A DNA stretch of 64,000 nucleotides. Origin: a virus. Below are positions 39,114 through 49,444 of this stretch, piece after piece. The notes under the pieces are model-generated. The model saw only the letters and a list, made by a program, of their open reading frames with translations. It had not been told where the DNA came from and did not search any database. The stretch lies in IMG/VR virus record IMGVR_UViG_3300009079_000013; one strand, written 5' to 3'. The position numbers and the translations under genes are program-made. Every line of letters begins with the position of its first letter. Positions within the stretch are counted from its first letter, which is position 1.

Positions 39114-41007
39114 CTTCTGAGTTAGATTTTTCGTTTATATTATTTATCTCAGAATCATCGGGTAATTTGTCTAAGTTAGATTCGTTAAGTTGATCCATCT
39201 CCTTTTTTAAATTATAGAAGTCAGACACTACTGAATCTGGAACAAGCCTCTTAAACTCAGCATAGTTTTCATCTTTTATACTATCTCTTAACTCAGATGA
39301 GGATTGGTATTTAGGTATCTCAACTAACTTGAAATCTTTGTTTAAATCTAGAGATACATCTCTTTTCTTTAAATATCCAAGTTGTATAGCGTACCTATTT
39401 AATCTATTTTTGTTAGTTCCCCATAGTACTGGAATATACGAAGGTTTTAAAGAACCTATTATTTCTTCTATTCCTCCTCCTTTGACGATAATTGCTTTCT
39501 CTATAAAACTTCCATATTCCTGTTCTACGTTGTTTAGCATTTTCCTAACAAGTTGTTCTGAAAAAGGATTGTTATTGTTTTTTTCTTTTTTGATAGTTGA
39601 CACTAGAATAACAGGAAAGTTATTTTTAGATTTTAATTTTTCAGCTGCTTTGATATGACCTAAGTGTATGGGTTGAAAATCTCCTATTAATAAGTTTACT
39701 TTCTTTGGTTTTTGAATAGATCTTTTTTCTTTTGAAAAACCCTGTATTGTCATTGGTTCAAATTCTCCAGATTCCCCTACATATTCATTAAATGTTGGAA
39801 AAAATCCTTCAAATACCTTTTCCTTTAATAGTATCTTTTTTATCTTGTCAACCTGCAAATTTAATTGATTTATTAAATTACTGTCAAATAAATTAGAGTT
39901 AACTTTTTTTCTTTTCTTTCTAAAAAAGTTTAATAATATCTTATAAATTTCTTTATAAGTATCACTTTCCTTTATTAAATCTATGATGTATGGATCTTTT
40001 ACCATATCCATGTTTAAATCAAATTCTTCAGCGTCTAAAAAATCAGGCTTATTCAATTCTAAACCTTCATACTTATTTTTATATTCTTCTATAAAGTCTC
40101 TATATACCTTGTTTATGAATTTTACATATCTTTCTTGAAAAGAATCTCCTGTTATTTTCCACTTACTAATTGTCTTTAAATCATATAATTCTATAAAATT
40201 CATGAGATCTATTACAATTAACCATATATAATCTTGAGATTTATTATCTTCACGCTTAACTTCTTCTTTTTCCATTTTATTCTGAAAAATAGGGTCTATT
40301 AATTTTGCTAAGAATGATTTAGAACTAGGATTTTCTCTATCGCCTTCGTAAAATCTAAATACTAATCCATTTATATCTCTTATTATACTATTTTCTAAAA
40401 AGCTTTCTCGAAAATCGCTATTCAAGATAGATATTATATGCTTTATAAAAGATTTTGTTTTAAATTTTTCTATTAAGTCTTCTTTAGGACAATATATAAA
40501 GTCCATTATCTCTACCTTTTGATCATCATTTAAATTTCCTTCAAATACTATGGTTGGTCCATCTATTTCTAAAAAACTTGCCCATTCGTCAAGTATACCT
40601 TTGTCCTGTATAGTCTTTACTACTCTTCCTTCTTCATCTAATTCATGAATAAAATTAAGTAAAAGTCCGTTTTTAGGAAGCCTTCCATAATCGTTTAAAT
40701 TAACAGACGTGTTTGAGATGTATTCCATACCAAAATACATATTAGAAGGAATCCTATTTGTTTTATCTCCCAAGTTACTTATATGAGATATAGGATCGTT
40801 ATAAAATCTAGATAAAACCCTATCGATATATCCTATTTCATTTTTCTTATTAAAAAATTTAAGTTCATCAGTAGCTTGATCCTTTTTAAATCCTAAGAAG
40901 CTACCGTTTACTTTCTCATTGACTATAAGATATTCATTAAATAGTTTATTTAAGAAGTCATTTCCCATTTTATCGTAAACTTCTTTTAGATGCCTTAGTC
41001 CTGCCAT
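39067..41007 (-). CDS. Ligase-like nucleotidyltransferase domain fused to HxGH cytidylyltransferase domain
   Basis: N-terminal NEKVNG, GMEY, NGLVF, LAKLI; C-terminal GDFQPIHLGH, NPFS, SSSELR. Confidence 0.6.
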   Translation of the reverse strand: MAGLRHLKEVYDKMGNDFLNKLFNEYLIVNEKVNGSFLGFKKDQATDELKFFNKKNEIGYIDRVLSRFYNDPISHISNLGDKTNRIPSNMYFGMEYISNTSVNLNDYGRLPKNGLLLNFIHELDEEGRVVKTIQDKGILDEWASFLEIDGPTIVFEGNLNDDQKVEIMDFIYCPKEDLIEKFKTKSFIKHIISILNSDFRESFLENSIIRDINGLVFRFYEGDRENPSSKSFLAKLIDPIFQNKMEKEEVKREDNKSQDYIWLIVIDLMNFIELYDLKTISKWKITGDSFQERYVKFINKVYRDFIEEYKNKYEGLELNKPDFLDAEEFDLNMDMVKDPYIIDLIKESDTYKEIYKILLNFFRKKRKKVNSNLFDSNLINQLNLQVDKIKKILLKEKVFEGFFPTFNEYVGESGEFEPMTIQGFSKEKRSIQKPKKVNLLIGDFQPIHLGHIKAAEKLKSKNNFPVILVSTIKKEKNNNNPFSEQLVRKMLNNVEQEYGSFIEKAIIVKGGGIEEIIGSLKPSYIPVLWGTNKNRLNRYAIQLGYLKKRDVSLDLNKDFKLVEIPKYQSSSELRDSIKDENYAEFKRLVPDSVVSDFYNLKKEMDQLNESNLDKLPDDSEINNINEKSNSEDEPESKETKQQSEKL

Positions 41008-41036
41008 AATATATTATTGGTTGTTTATAGATTTAT

Positions 41037-41567
41037 TTAATCTTCTGATTCCTCCTCTTCGTCAGTATCGTCAGATGTTTTATTTGAAAGTTTCATTCCA
41101 AACTTTTTAGATGATTTACTGTCTAGTGATATGGAAAAACTTTTAAATTCATCAGCGTCTTCTGGATTGGTTTGAACATAATCTTTAACTTTTATCATGT
41201 CTATTTTTCCATATTTTTCTTTATCCTCATGGAAAAGTCCATCTGCTTCTATCATCTTATCTTCTAATTCCTGAGAAGCATTAAAGTCTCCTTTAAAGGT
41301 AATCGACCAACAATAAAATTTTACATCCTCTTTTCTTTTAGAATAATAATGTGATATATCTTTTATTCGTTGAATAGCGTCAGATGCATCTTTATAAGAA
41401 GTAGACTGTCCTAGGTTATCTGATGGAACACCAAACTGTATGTCGTTAGGCAATACTTCCATAACAGATTCTATCTTTTTTATAATGTTTTCAGAAGAAA
41501 TTCCTTTTAAGGCCATTTCCTTTTTTTCAAATATAAATTGGCTATACTTAGTTACTAAATTTTTCAT
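41037..41567 (-). CDS. Hypothetical protein with CTS-like N-terminus
   Basis: MKNLVTKYSQFIFE. Confidence 0.55.
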   Translation of the reverse strand: MKNLVTKYSQFIFEKKEMALKGISSENIIKKIESVMEVLPNDIQFGVPSDNLGQSTSYKDASDAIQRIKDISHYYSKRKEDVKFYCWSITFKGDFNASQELEDKMIEADGLFHEDKEKYGKIDMIKVKDYVQTNPEDADEFKSFSISLDSKSSKKFGMKLSNKTSDDTDEEEESED

Positions 41568-41577
41568 CGAATAAATG

Positions 41578-42186
41578 CTATTTTAGTTTATTTATATTAT
41601 TTTTATATATTATTTTGTCAAACATCTTCATCATAACAGCCTCGCTTAAAAAGTCTTTATTGTTAATTACGTGAGTATATGAATTATTTTTAGTGTTGCA
41701 TTCTATGTTTTTAATATTATCTTCAAATACTTTATCAAATAGATAATTTTCTTTTGCACTATCTGTAAAGTTATCAAATAAATCGCTATGATCGCGTTCC
41801 TCCTTATTATTTGAAGTTACTCTAATTACATGACAGTTTTCATATAATGTACTATCTAGTAAATTATGCAATTCTTTGTTTAATTTATTTACGTTTAACC
41901 TATTTCTTAAAATAGACCAAACGTATGCTGAAAAAATTCCTCTATCGAATACTATAACCTTATCTTTTAAAACTGTTTTATGTAACTCTAAAATAGTAAG
42001 AGTATTAGATATAGTAAAATAATGAAAAGCTTCTTTTGGCTCAATGTCTTCAAAATCTAAGTTTTTCATATGAGACACGTGTCCATATTTGTAAAATATT
42101 ACGTCACCATCTCTTCTAATAGATTTTAGATAGTTTACCATGTGAGTTTTACCAGAGCCCTGTGACCCTTCTATAATTATTATCAT
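41578..42186 (-). CDS. Deoxynucleoside monophosphate (thymidylate-like) kinase
   Basis: IIIEGSQGSGKT, FDRGIFS. Confidence 0.75.
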   Translation of the reverse strand: MIIIIEGSQGSGKTHMVNYLKSIRRDGDVIFYKYGHVSHMKNLDFEDIEPKEAFHYFTISNTLTILELHKTVLKDKVIVFDRGIFSAYVWSILRNRLNVNKLNKELHNLLDSTLYENCHVIRVTSNNKEERDHSDLFDNFTDSAKENYLFDKVFEDNIKNIECNTKNNSYTHVINNKDFLSEAVMMKMFDKIIYKNNINKLK

Positions 42187-42262
42187 TATTGTTTTATTTT
42201 ACAACTATACTATTACACTATATGTTTTACAAATAAATAACAAAAAAGTTTTACACTTTATT

Positions 42263-42733
42263 ATGAACAAATACATAAAAGTTTTTGAATATTTTGAAAA
42301 AGCAGAGATAAAAGACCTAAAAGCTGGCTCTAGTGGAAATTGGAATTCCATAAGAGATCACATACAGTCTTTAAAAAGCTTTACTATAATAAACTTTAAA
42401 GATAGAGAAGGTTATTTAGAGTTTTTAACTGATTGTAAAGACGACGTTGTAAAACAGTCTTATTATACTGGCTTTGGAAATGGTGTAAAAAAATGTCCAT
42501 CCGTGTTTATTAATCGTAAATTAAAAATAAACGATGATGATTTTGAAAAATATAATTTAATAAATTATTTAGTTGGCAAAGACAATAAGCCTAATATATT
42601 AGTTAAATCTAAAAAAGAGTCTAATGTGATAGGTAATGAAGTAGTATCTACTCTTTCTCAAAATGAAGTATATCCTGAAGATCATTTTAAAATAGATTCT
42701 GTATTTTACAAATTCATAAACTTTTTCTCCTAA
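42263..42733 (+). CDS. Hypothetical protein with CTS-like N-terminus
   Basis: MNKYIKVFEYFE; ATAAATAA upstream. Confidence 0.55.
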   Translation: MNKYIKVFEYFEKAEIKDLKAGSSGNWNSIRDHIQSLKSFTIINFKDREGYLEFLTDCKDDVVKQSYYTGFGNGVKKCPSVFINRKLKINDDDFEKYNLINYLVGKDNKPNILVKSKKESNVIGNEVVSTLSQNEVYPEDHFKIDSVFYKFINFFS

Positions 42734-42762
42734 CTAGGTATAACATACTAAACTAAAATAAA

Positions 42763-43068
42763 ATGAGTAATAAAGATAAAGATATACAACAGGGTTTTTC
42801 AGGTATGAATTTTGGTAAAAAATCAAAATTATTTCATGAAATGCCAGATTATAAATCAAGGTCAACTAAGAAACAAGCTCTTAACGAACTTAGACAAACT
42901 AAAGATGATGCTTACACTAACTCAAATAAAACTGCTTCTCAAGAAGAGTTAAGATTAGAAGCAAAATCATTTATAGATAAAGAACATTATCATTTAAATT
43001 CAGACTTAAATAGTTCTCAATTCGCAGATGTAATAACTGCTTTAGTAGACTATAAAAATAATCATTAA
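42763..43068 (+). CDS. Hypothetical protein
   Basis: ORF track. Confidence 0.55.
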   Translation: MSNKDKDIQQGFSGMNFGKKSKLFHEMPDYKSRSTKKQALNELRQTKDDAYTNSNKTASQEELRLEAKSFIDKEHYHLNSDLNSSQFADVITALVDYKNNH

Positions 43069-43071
43069 AAT

Positions 43072-43920
43072 ATGTTATTAAAAAAAGGAAGTATCGGCAC
43101 TAGAGTAAGAGAATTACAAACTTTATTAAAAATTAAAGTAGATGGGCATTTTGGACCAGCTACAGAAACAGCCGTTGTGGCATTTCAAAATCAAAGAAAT
43201 TTAGAACCAGACGGTATCGTTGGACCAAACACTTGGGAAAAATTAAAATCTAGTTTAATTATAAACGAAGTAGAATCAGAAGATAACAGAGGGTACGTTT
43301 GGATATTAGATAACGGTCACGGAGGAATCATAGATGGAATATACCAAACAGCAGGTAAAAGGTCTCCTAAATGGGAAGATGGCACTCAATTATTCGAAGG
43401 TGAATTTAATAGAGCAGTTGTAAAAAGGATCATTGAATTATGCAAAGTTGAGGGTATAGAATGCATTAACTTAGTTGATACTGAAAAGGACCTTTCATTA
43501 AGGTGGAGAACTGATGAAGCAAATGATATTTATAGAAAACGTCAACAACTGGATGGTAAGAAATGTATATACGTTTCGGTTCATGCAAATGGCTTTAATA
43601 AAGAAAGCGCTCACGGATGGTCTGTATATACAACAGTTGGTGAAACTGTTTCAGATAAAATAGCTCAGATTCTATATGAAAAAGCAAGAGTTGAATTTCC
43701 AGATCACAAAATGAGAAGAGATACTAGAGATGGAGATGCAGATAAAGAAGCTAACTTTTGGGTTTTACGTAAAGTTGTAATGCCATCTATTCTTTCAGAG
43801 AATTTCTTTATGACAAATAGAGAAGAATCTAAATTACAGCTAAGTGAAGAAGGAAGAGATAGAATAGCTAAGATTCATTTTGAAATGATAAAAGAAGTTG
43901 AACAAAGAAAACTAGTCTAA
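43072..43920 (+). CDS. Endolysin: peptidoglycan-binding domain + N-acetylmuramoyl-L-alanine amidase (Amidase_3)
   Basis: VDGHFGPATE..FQ..DGIVGPNTW; LDNGHGG, E, SVHAN, ILSENFF. Confidence 0.9.
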   Translation: MLLKKGSIGTRVRELQTLLKIKVDGHFGPATETAVVAFQNQRNLEPDGIVGPNTWEKLKSSLIINEVESEDNRGYVWILDNGHGGIIDGIYQTAGKRSPKWEDGTQLFEGEFNRAVVKRIIELCKVEGIECINLVDTEKDLSLRWRTDEANDIYRKRQQLDGKKCIYVSVHANGFNKESAHGWSVYTTVGETVSDKIAQILYEKARVEFPDHKMRRDTRDGDADKEANFWVLRKVVMPSILSENFFMTNREESKLQLSEEGRDRIAKIHFEMIKEVEQRKLV

Positions 43921-43934
43921 TTAAAAAATATACA

Positions 43935-44372
43935 ATGGAAAACACAGTTAAAAGTAATACAGATAACATATCTGAAAAATTTAAAAAAGAAAGAGACCAT
44001 TACTCTTTAGAAATTCGTAGAAACGTTGAAAAATTAAATAATATACGAGACCTTAAAGAAGTTCAAATATTTTTTCTAAGCGTCAGACAGCGTCTTCTTG
44101 AAGACAATCATACGCTAATAGATACTTTATCTAAGCTAAAGAAATCATATAGACAGAAGAAAGGTAAAGAGTGGGAAAATGTTTCTAATCAAAATATGAG
44201 ATATCAATCTCATGAAAAAAAGGTTATTGTAGAAGGAAAAACAACCGAAATGCAAGAAACTGTTGAGGTTATAGAAAATCAAATATCCTTCATGGATGGA
44301 TCTATAAAAACAGTAGACAATGTTTTATTTGGTTTAAAAACTCGTCTTGATCTAGAAAAACTATTAGGCTAA
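43935..44372 (+). CDS. Helical protein, possible UvsY-like recombination mediator
   Basis: All-helical ~145 aa protein immediately upstream of UvsW. Confidence 0.4.
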   Translation: MENTVKSNTDNISEKFKKERDHYSLEIRRNVEKLNNIRDLKEVQIFFLSVRQRLLEDNHTLIDTLSKLKKSYRQKKGKEWENVSNQNMRYQSHEKKVIVEGKTTEMQETVEVIENQISFMDGSIKTVDNVLFGLKTRLDLEKLLG

Positions 44373-44378
44373 TATTAT

Positions 44379-46088
44379 ATGTTAAAGTTTAAAGTCTTCA
44401 AAACTAGAAATTGTATAAAGTTAGTAGAATGGGATAGCGATTCTGAAAAAGGAAGGTTGCGAGATCATTTTACTAAAAAATCAAAAGATGGAGATTTTAA
44501 CGTATTAGTAGATAGAGGTATATGGGACGGAATGGACAATTTTATGTCTAAGGAAAATGAAATACCGATAGGACTTTGGAAAGAAATATATTCTTTTTCT
44601 GAAAAAAATCAAATTAAATGCGAAATATCAGGTCTAAAGGAAACTTTAAATTTAGAATATCAAAAAGAAAACTACACTGAATTTGTAAAAAGGCTTTTCA
44701 ATGGTGTAGTTGATGAACATAATAATACCATATATCCTAGGGATTATCAATTTGAAGCAGCGTATAAGGCGCTTCAGTATAAGTACTGTACTCAGGAATT
44801 AGCGACATCCGCAGGTAAGACTCTAATTTTTTATATTTTTAATTCTTATTTAAAACATACTGGTATAATTAGTAGACATAATAAAGCGTTGATGATAGTT
44901 CCTAATATTTCGTTAGTTGGCCAAACTGAAGAAAAATTTAAAATGTACTCTAATGGATTAGTTAATTGGAATATTTTAATGATAGGAGGTAGGAATAAGT
45001 TCTCAGAAGAGGAATTCAGAGAAGCGGACTTAGTAATATCTACTTATCAAAGCCTTATCAGTTTTGAAGAAAAAAGCTTGGATTCTCAGTTAACTTCAGC
45101 AGTTAAGAAAAAGATGAAGTTAGAGAGACTTAAAAAACCTAAAGAAAAAGAACTTGAAAAAGCAATTAATAAAGTAAGCAATTTAAAAGAAAAAATAGAT
45201 TATGCAAAGCTTTTTAGAATGTTTGAATCATATAGTGTAGTTAATGTTGACGAAACTCATAAATCAAGAGGATCTTCTATTTCTAATATAATATCAGCTT
45301 GTAATAATTGGAGATATAAACTGGGACTTTCTGGAACGGCAAAGGTATCTGAAGAATATTCTGATTTCTATAAGATACAGGAAAAGGTTGGGCCTTTAGT
45401 CATGACTCTTTCAGCAAAGCATTTAATTGATCATGGGTACTCTCCTAATGTATCTATTCGCATGGTTTACTTAACATATAATAAATCAAACACAGCTGCT
45501 CAGGAGTACATTAAAATGAGAAAGAGCCCAGATGAGATTAAAAGAATGTATCGAGATAATAAAGAGTATGGTAGAGAAATGTTAACTATTGAAAAAGGAA
45601 TCATATTTGAAAGTCAAGAGAGATTAGACCTAATAAGCGGCATGATAAGAAAATTCGGTAAGAATACTTTAATTCTCTTCTCAGACATTAAAAATGAATA
45701 TGGTAAGAATATATGCAAGAAACTTCAAGAGTGGAACAAGGACACCTATTACATCGACGGGGGTGTTGAGAGTGAACAGCGAGATGAATATAAAGATGCA
45801 ATGGAAAAAAATGAAGGTGTTATTATAGTTGCTAGTTTTGGTACCTTTGCAACTGGTATTGACCTTAAGAATGTTCATCATATTGTTTTTTCAGAAACCA
45901 CTAAAGCTGAAATTACAATTAGACAAGCGATTGGTCGAGGAATGAGAAAGCTTGCAAACAAAAACAAGGTCACCATCTGGGACCTTGTAGATAAATTAGA
46001 TGGTTATTCAGTACGTCACTCTGAAGTCAGAGAAAAAATATATACTGAACAATCATTTCCTATTAAGAAACATCAAGTTAGTCTTTAA
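44379..46088 (+). CDS. uvsW: SF2 DNA helicase UvsW
   Basis: PRDYQ, ATSAGKT, VPN, STYQS, DETH, GLSGT, TGID, QAIGRGMR. Confidence 0.9.
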   Translation: MLKFKVFKTRNCIKLVEWDSDSEKGRLRDHFTKKSKDGDFNVLVDRGIWDGMDNFMSKENEIPIGLWKEIYSFSEKNQIKCEISGLKETLNLEYQKENYTEFVKRLFNGVVDEHNNTIYPRDYQFEAAYKALQYKYCTQELATSAGKTLIFYIFNSYLKHTGIISRHNKALMIVPNISLVGQTEEKFKMYSNGLVNWNILMIGGRNKFSEEEFREADLVISTYQSLISFEEKSLDSQLTSAVKKKMKLERLKKPKEKELEKAINKVSNLKEKIDYAKLFRMFESYSVVNVDETHKSRGSSISNIISACNNWRYKLGLSGTAKVSEEYSDFYKIQEKVGPLVMTLSAKHLIDHGYSPNVSIRMVYLTYNKSNTAAQEYIKMRKSPDEIKRMYRDNKEYGREMLTIEKGIIFESQERLDLISGMIRKFGKNTLILFSDIKNEYGKNICKKLQEWNKDTYYIDGGVESEQRDEYKDAMEKNEGVIIVASFGTFATGIDLKNVHHIVFSETTKAEITIRQAIGRGMRKLANKNKVTIWDLVDKLDGYSVRHSEVREKIYTEQSFPIKKHQVSL

Positions 46089-46126
46089 CTAGCTACCATT
46101 GAATTAATTTTTAGTAGCCAGTTCCT

Positions 46127-46597
46127 CTACCGCCATGATTGCATAGCAGTTTCCATTTTGCTATAGCTGAAAATAACAGTTATTTTCATAGGACTTGGTA
46201 GACCTTTTGGTTGGTATGCAAATTTGGCAACACATAATGTTTCGTCTGGATCTCTAGAGACTTTGTTTGGTTCTTCTACCAGTTTACTGGTTAGTCTTAA
46301 AGGTTTTCCGTTATAACTAAGCGATATTTTTTCTGCATACTCAAATAACTGAGGGTTCTTTTGATATCTTAGAAATATGTTATTATTTTCAGGATTTAGC
46401 ACAATAATATCTGGCGGACCTAAAGATTTACCTTTACTGTCTTTAACTTCAAATTTCTTATAAGCAGCTGCTCTTTCAGCTGAAGAGACTTCTCCGACCA
46501 TTTCCTGTGCAACCATGTCCTTAGTAAGAAGGTCTTCTGAGGCAACTGCTTCATTAATCTTCTGAAATTGAATAAAGTCTTTTATATAATTTTTCAT
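46127..46597 (-). CDS. Hypothetical protein with CTS-like N-terminus
   Basis: MKNYIKDFIQFQKINE. Confidence 0.55.
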   Translation of the reverse strand: MKNYIKDFIQFQKINEAVASEDLLTKDMVAQEMVGEVSSAERAAAYKKFEVKDSKGKSLGPPDIIVLNPENNNIFLRYQKNPQLFEYAEKISLSYNGKPLRLTSKLVEEPNKVSRDPDETLCVAKFAYQPKGLPSPMKITVIFSYSKMETAMQSWR

Positions 46598-46617
46598 ACT
46601 TTTATTTTTTTATGTTA

Positions 46618-47379
46618 TTATTTATTTGTTTCTATCTTGTCAAAAATTTGCTCAACAATTTTAATGATTGGGTTTCTAACTACATCGTCAGGATCTCTTA
46701 ATTCAACACAACCGAATCCTTCTACATTTTTAAATTTTTCTAATACTATTTCTAAAGAACTATCACTTTTATTTTTAATGTCCTTTTGTCTAACGTCGCC
46801 CATTATTACCATTTTAGAGTTATCCCCTATTCTCGTCATCAGTGTTCTTATGTTATCCATTGATATATTTTGGGCTTCATCTATTAATATAATAGAATTG
46901 TCAATGCTTCTACCTCTAGCAAATGCTATTGGTACTATTTCTATTACACCTAATTCTATTAATTTTTCCATTCTACTTCTACCTATTAGCTTTCTAATAT
47001 TGTCAGTAAATGATTCCATAATAGGCGCCATTTTTTCTTTTAAGTCACCTGGTAAATGACCTATTTCTTCGCCTTTTAAAGCAGTGATTGATTTAATTAA
47101 GACAATCCTTTTGTACTTAGGTCTTGATTTAATTAGTTTTAAAGCTTCAGAACATGATAAAAAAGTTTTTCCAGATCCAGGAAAACCGTTACATATAGTT
47201 ATCATATTTTGTTTAATTGAATTAACTAATAGTTTTTGATTTGTGGTTTTGCATTTAGTATTTATAGACATTGTTTGAAGAAACTTATCTTCTTCTACAT
47301 TTCTGCTCCATACAAATTCTTCAACTTCTTGAATTTCGGCTTCAGATAGCCTTTTATTTCTTCTGCTTTTTTTACTCAT
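46618..47379 (-). CDS. phoH: PhoH-family ATPase
   Basis: GFPGSGKT, GHLPG, FARGRS, IDEAQN, TRIG, GDVRQKD, VVRNP. Confidence 0.93.
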   Translation of the reverse strand: MSKKSRRNKRLSEAEIQEVEEFVWSRNVEEDKFLQTMSINTKCKTTNQKLLVNSIKQNMITICNGFPGSGKTFLSCSEALKLIKSRPKYKRIVLIKSITALKGEEIGHLPGDLKEKMAPIMESFTDNIRKLIGRSRMEKLIELGVIEIVPIAFARGRSIDNSIILIDEAQNISMDNIRTLMTRIGDNSKMVIMGDVRQKDIKNKSDSSLEIVLEKFKNVEGFGCVELRDPDDVVRNPIIKIVEQIFDKIETNK

Positions 47380-47385
47380 GTATAA

Positions 47386-47940
47386 TTAGTGTATTTTTGA
47401 TGCTATGACAATTCCTAACATTATCTTAGCATGGTGTAATTGAAAATCTAAATATGAATCTATTGTAATTAATTCATTTACGTTTAGTTTTTCATCTTTT
47501 AACTTCTTATCTAATTCATCTATTTTATTTATAATATCTTCAGAAAGCTCAACTTCGTTCATTTCCTGAAGACCGTTTAACACTGTTTTAAAAGTATCAG
47601 CGTTTTCAGCGGGTGATTTTATCTTTTTTAGAAACGTTTTAGCTTTACGTATAGATGTGAATTTAACTGTCATTGAATTAGAATCTAGCCCCTTGTCTAT
47701 GCTTTTTCTAATCCCGTCTAATACGGTTATGTCTTTAGATATCACATCTAAAAATAGTATATCAGTATCGTAAAAAGATATAACTATATCTTTATCTCGA
47801 TATACATATTTAAAATTAAATAATTCGTCTTCAAATGAATCTTTTTGTTCATTTTCCTCTTCCTCTTCCCCTTTTCCTCCAGATATAATATATTGGTCAA
47901 ATGGAAAAGATTTTAAAAATGGAAATAATTCGTATAACAT
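47386..47940 (-). CDS. Hypothetical protein
   Basis: Start at 47940 (MLYELFPF) avoids overlap with the polymerase gene and follows TATAAATAA. Confidence 0.55.
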   Translation of the reverse strand: MLYELFPFLKSFPFDQYIISGGKGEEEEENEQKDSFEDELFNFKYVYRDKDIVISFYDTDILFLDVISKDITVLDGIRKSIDKGLDSNSMTVKFTSIRKAKTFLKKIKSPAENADTFKTVLNGLQEMNEVELSEDIINKIDELDKKLKDEKLNVNELITIDSYLDFQLHHAKIMLGIVIASKIH

Positions 47941-47989
47941 ATTTAAAACCTTCTTTAAATTATTTATAAAAGATATTAAATATTTTATA

Positions 47990-49441
47990 ATGAATAAAGA
48001 ATCTTTATACAAAAAATTAGACTTAGAACAACTCGCAATTAAACTACTTATTAATTCCATATATGGTGCATTTGGAAATAAGTGGTTTTATTTCTTTAAT
48101 GTAGATTTAGCGCAAAGTATAACATTGCAAGGACAAGACCTTATTAAATTTACAATTAAAGCCGTTAACTTTTATTTTAAAGAAAGGTGGCATTTAGATA
48201 ACGAGCTTCATAAAAAACTAGGTATAGACAAATATGATATTAAACCTATAAATTCAGAAGCAGCTATTTATACAGATACCGATTCTATATATGTAGAGTT
48301 TGGTTCAGCTATTAATTCTATACAAGGGCTACCTAAATTAACAGAAGAACAATATTTAAAGTTATGTATTAAAATTGATGAATACAGGTTAGCTGAATAT
48401 TTTAATACAGCTTTTGACAAATACGGAAAACATTTTAATACAGTCAATCAACAAAATTTTGAACTTGAAAACTTATCTGCTAAGGCCATGTGGCTGAAAA
48501 AGAAAAACTACGCCCTTAGAGTTTCATATGAACCCAATTCTGATCAAACTCTTTTAAAGGAAAAAGGTAAAGAGTATGATGTATTTAAGGGATTAGAAAT
48601 GATAAAGGGTTCTTATCCAATATGGGCTAGAAATCATTTATCTAAGTTAACAAAAATAATCTTAGAAAAAGGATCGTCTATAAATCCAGAGGAGGATCTT
48701 ATTCCTCTATTTGAATCTATAAAAAAAGAAATGAAATTAAAAACAACTGATGAATTGGCTCAAACATTTAGTTGTAGGGTATATAACAAATATGTAAAAA
48801 ATGAAACTAAGCTAACTTTACTTAAAGGAATCCCTATATATGCAAGAGCAGCTGCTTACTATAATCACCTTTTAGTAATCAACGAATTAACGGGTAAATA
48901 TCAAAAGGTTAAAGAAGGTGAAAAAATAAAGTATTATTATCCTAAAGAAAACAATAAGGAATGGGATGTGTTTGCATATTCACCTGGTAATTATCCAACA
49001 GAAGTTGCTCTTCCTTTAGATTATAGTAAACAGTTTTTTTCACTGATAGTTGAGCCTATTAATAGACAATTAGTTGCATTAGGTTTAACTGAATTCAATG
49101 TTCACTTAAAAAGAAATATAAACATGGTTAAAACTGGTTCTAAAAAGCCATTGAGTGACGAAGACAAATATCCTCTTTATATAATAAATGAAAAAACATT
49201 AGAATACGAAGAGATACCTGAAAGATTTTGGAAAATAATAGGTAATCCTAATGCTGAAATACAAAGTAATGATTTCACAGAATACCTAAGTATAATATCT
49301 AAATATGGATTAAATACAAAAGTTGTTCCTAATTCCAAACTGCATCCTTTTAGAAAAAGAACAGCTAAGAGATTAAACATAGAATTAAAAGAATACTCTT
49401 CCAATGAAGATGAACAGCAGCAAGTAGAACTTAATTTTTAA
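47990..49441 (+). CDS. gp43: Family B DNA polymerase, C-terminal subunit of split enzyme (gp43B-like)
   Basis: Begins at motif B KLLINSIYG; ITLQGQ; motif C YTDTDS; KKKNY; KGLE; exonuclease and motif A absent. Confidence 0.88.
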   Translation: MNKESLYKKLDLEQLAIKLLINSIYGAFGNKWFYFFNVDLAQSITLQGQDLIKFTIKAVNFYFKERWHLDNELHKKLGIDKYDIKPINSEAAIYTDTDSIYVEFGSAINSIQGLPKLTEEQYLKLCIKIDEYRLAEYFNTAFDKYGKHFNTVNQQNFELENLSAKAMWLKKKNYALRVSYEPNSDQTLLKEKGKEYDVFKGLEMIKGSYPIWARNHLSKLTKIILEKGSSINPEEDLIPLFESIKKEMKLKTTDELAQTFSCRVYNKYVKNETKLTLLKGIPIYARAAAYYNHLLVINELTGKYQKVKEGEKIKYYYPKENNKEWDVFAYSPGNYPTEVALPLDYSKQFFSLIVEPINRQLVALGLTEFNVHLKRNINMVKTGSKKPLSDEDKYPLYIINEKTLEYEEIPERFWKIIGNPNAEIQSNDFTEYLSIISKYGLNTKVVPNSKLHPFRKRTAKRLNIELKEYSSNEDEQQQVELNF

Positions 49442-49444
49442 AAC

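Noticed and set aside
47941-48060. N-terminal extension of the minus-strand ORF overlapping the polymerase gene
   Set aside because: It is antisense to the polymerase start; the ATG at 47940 with an upstream TATAAATAA is more plausible.
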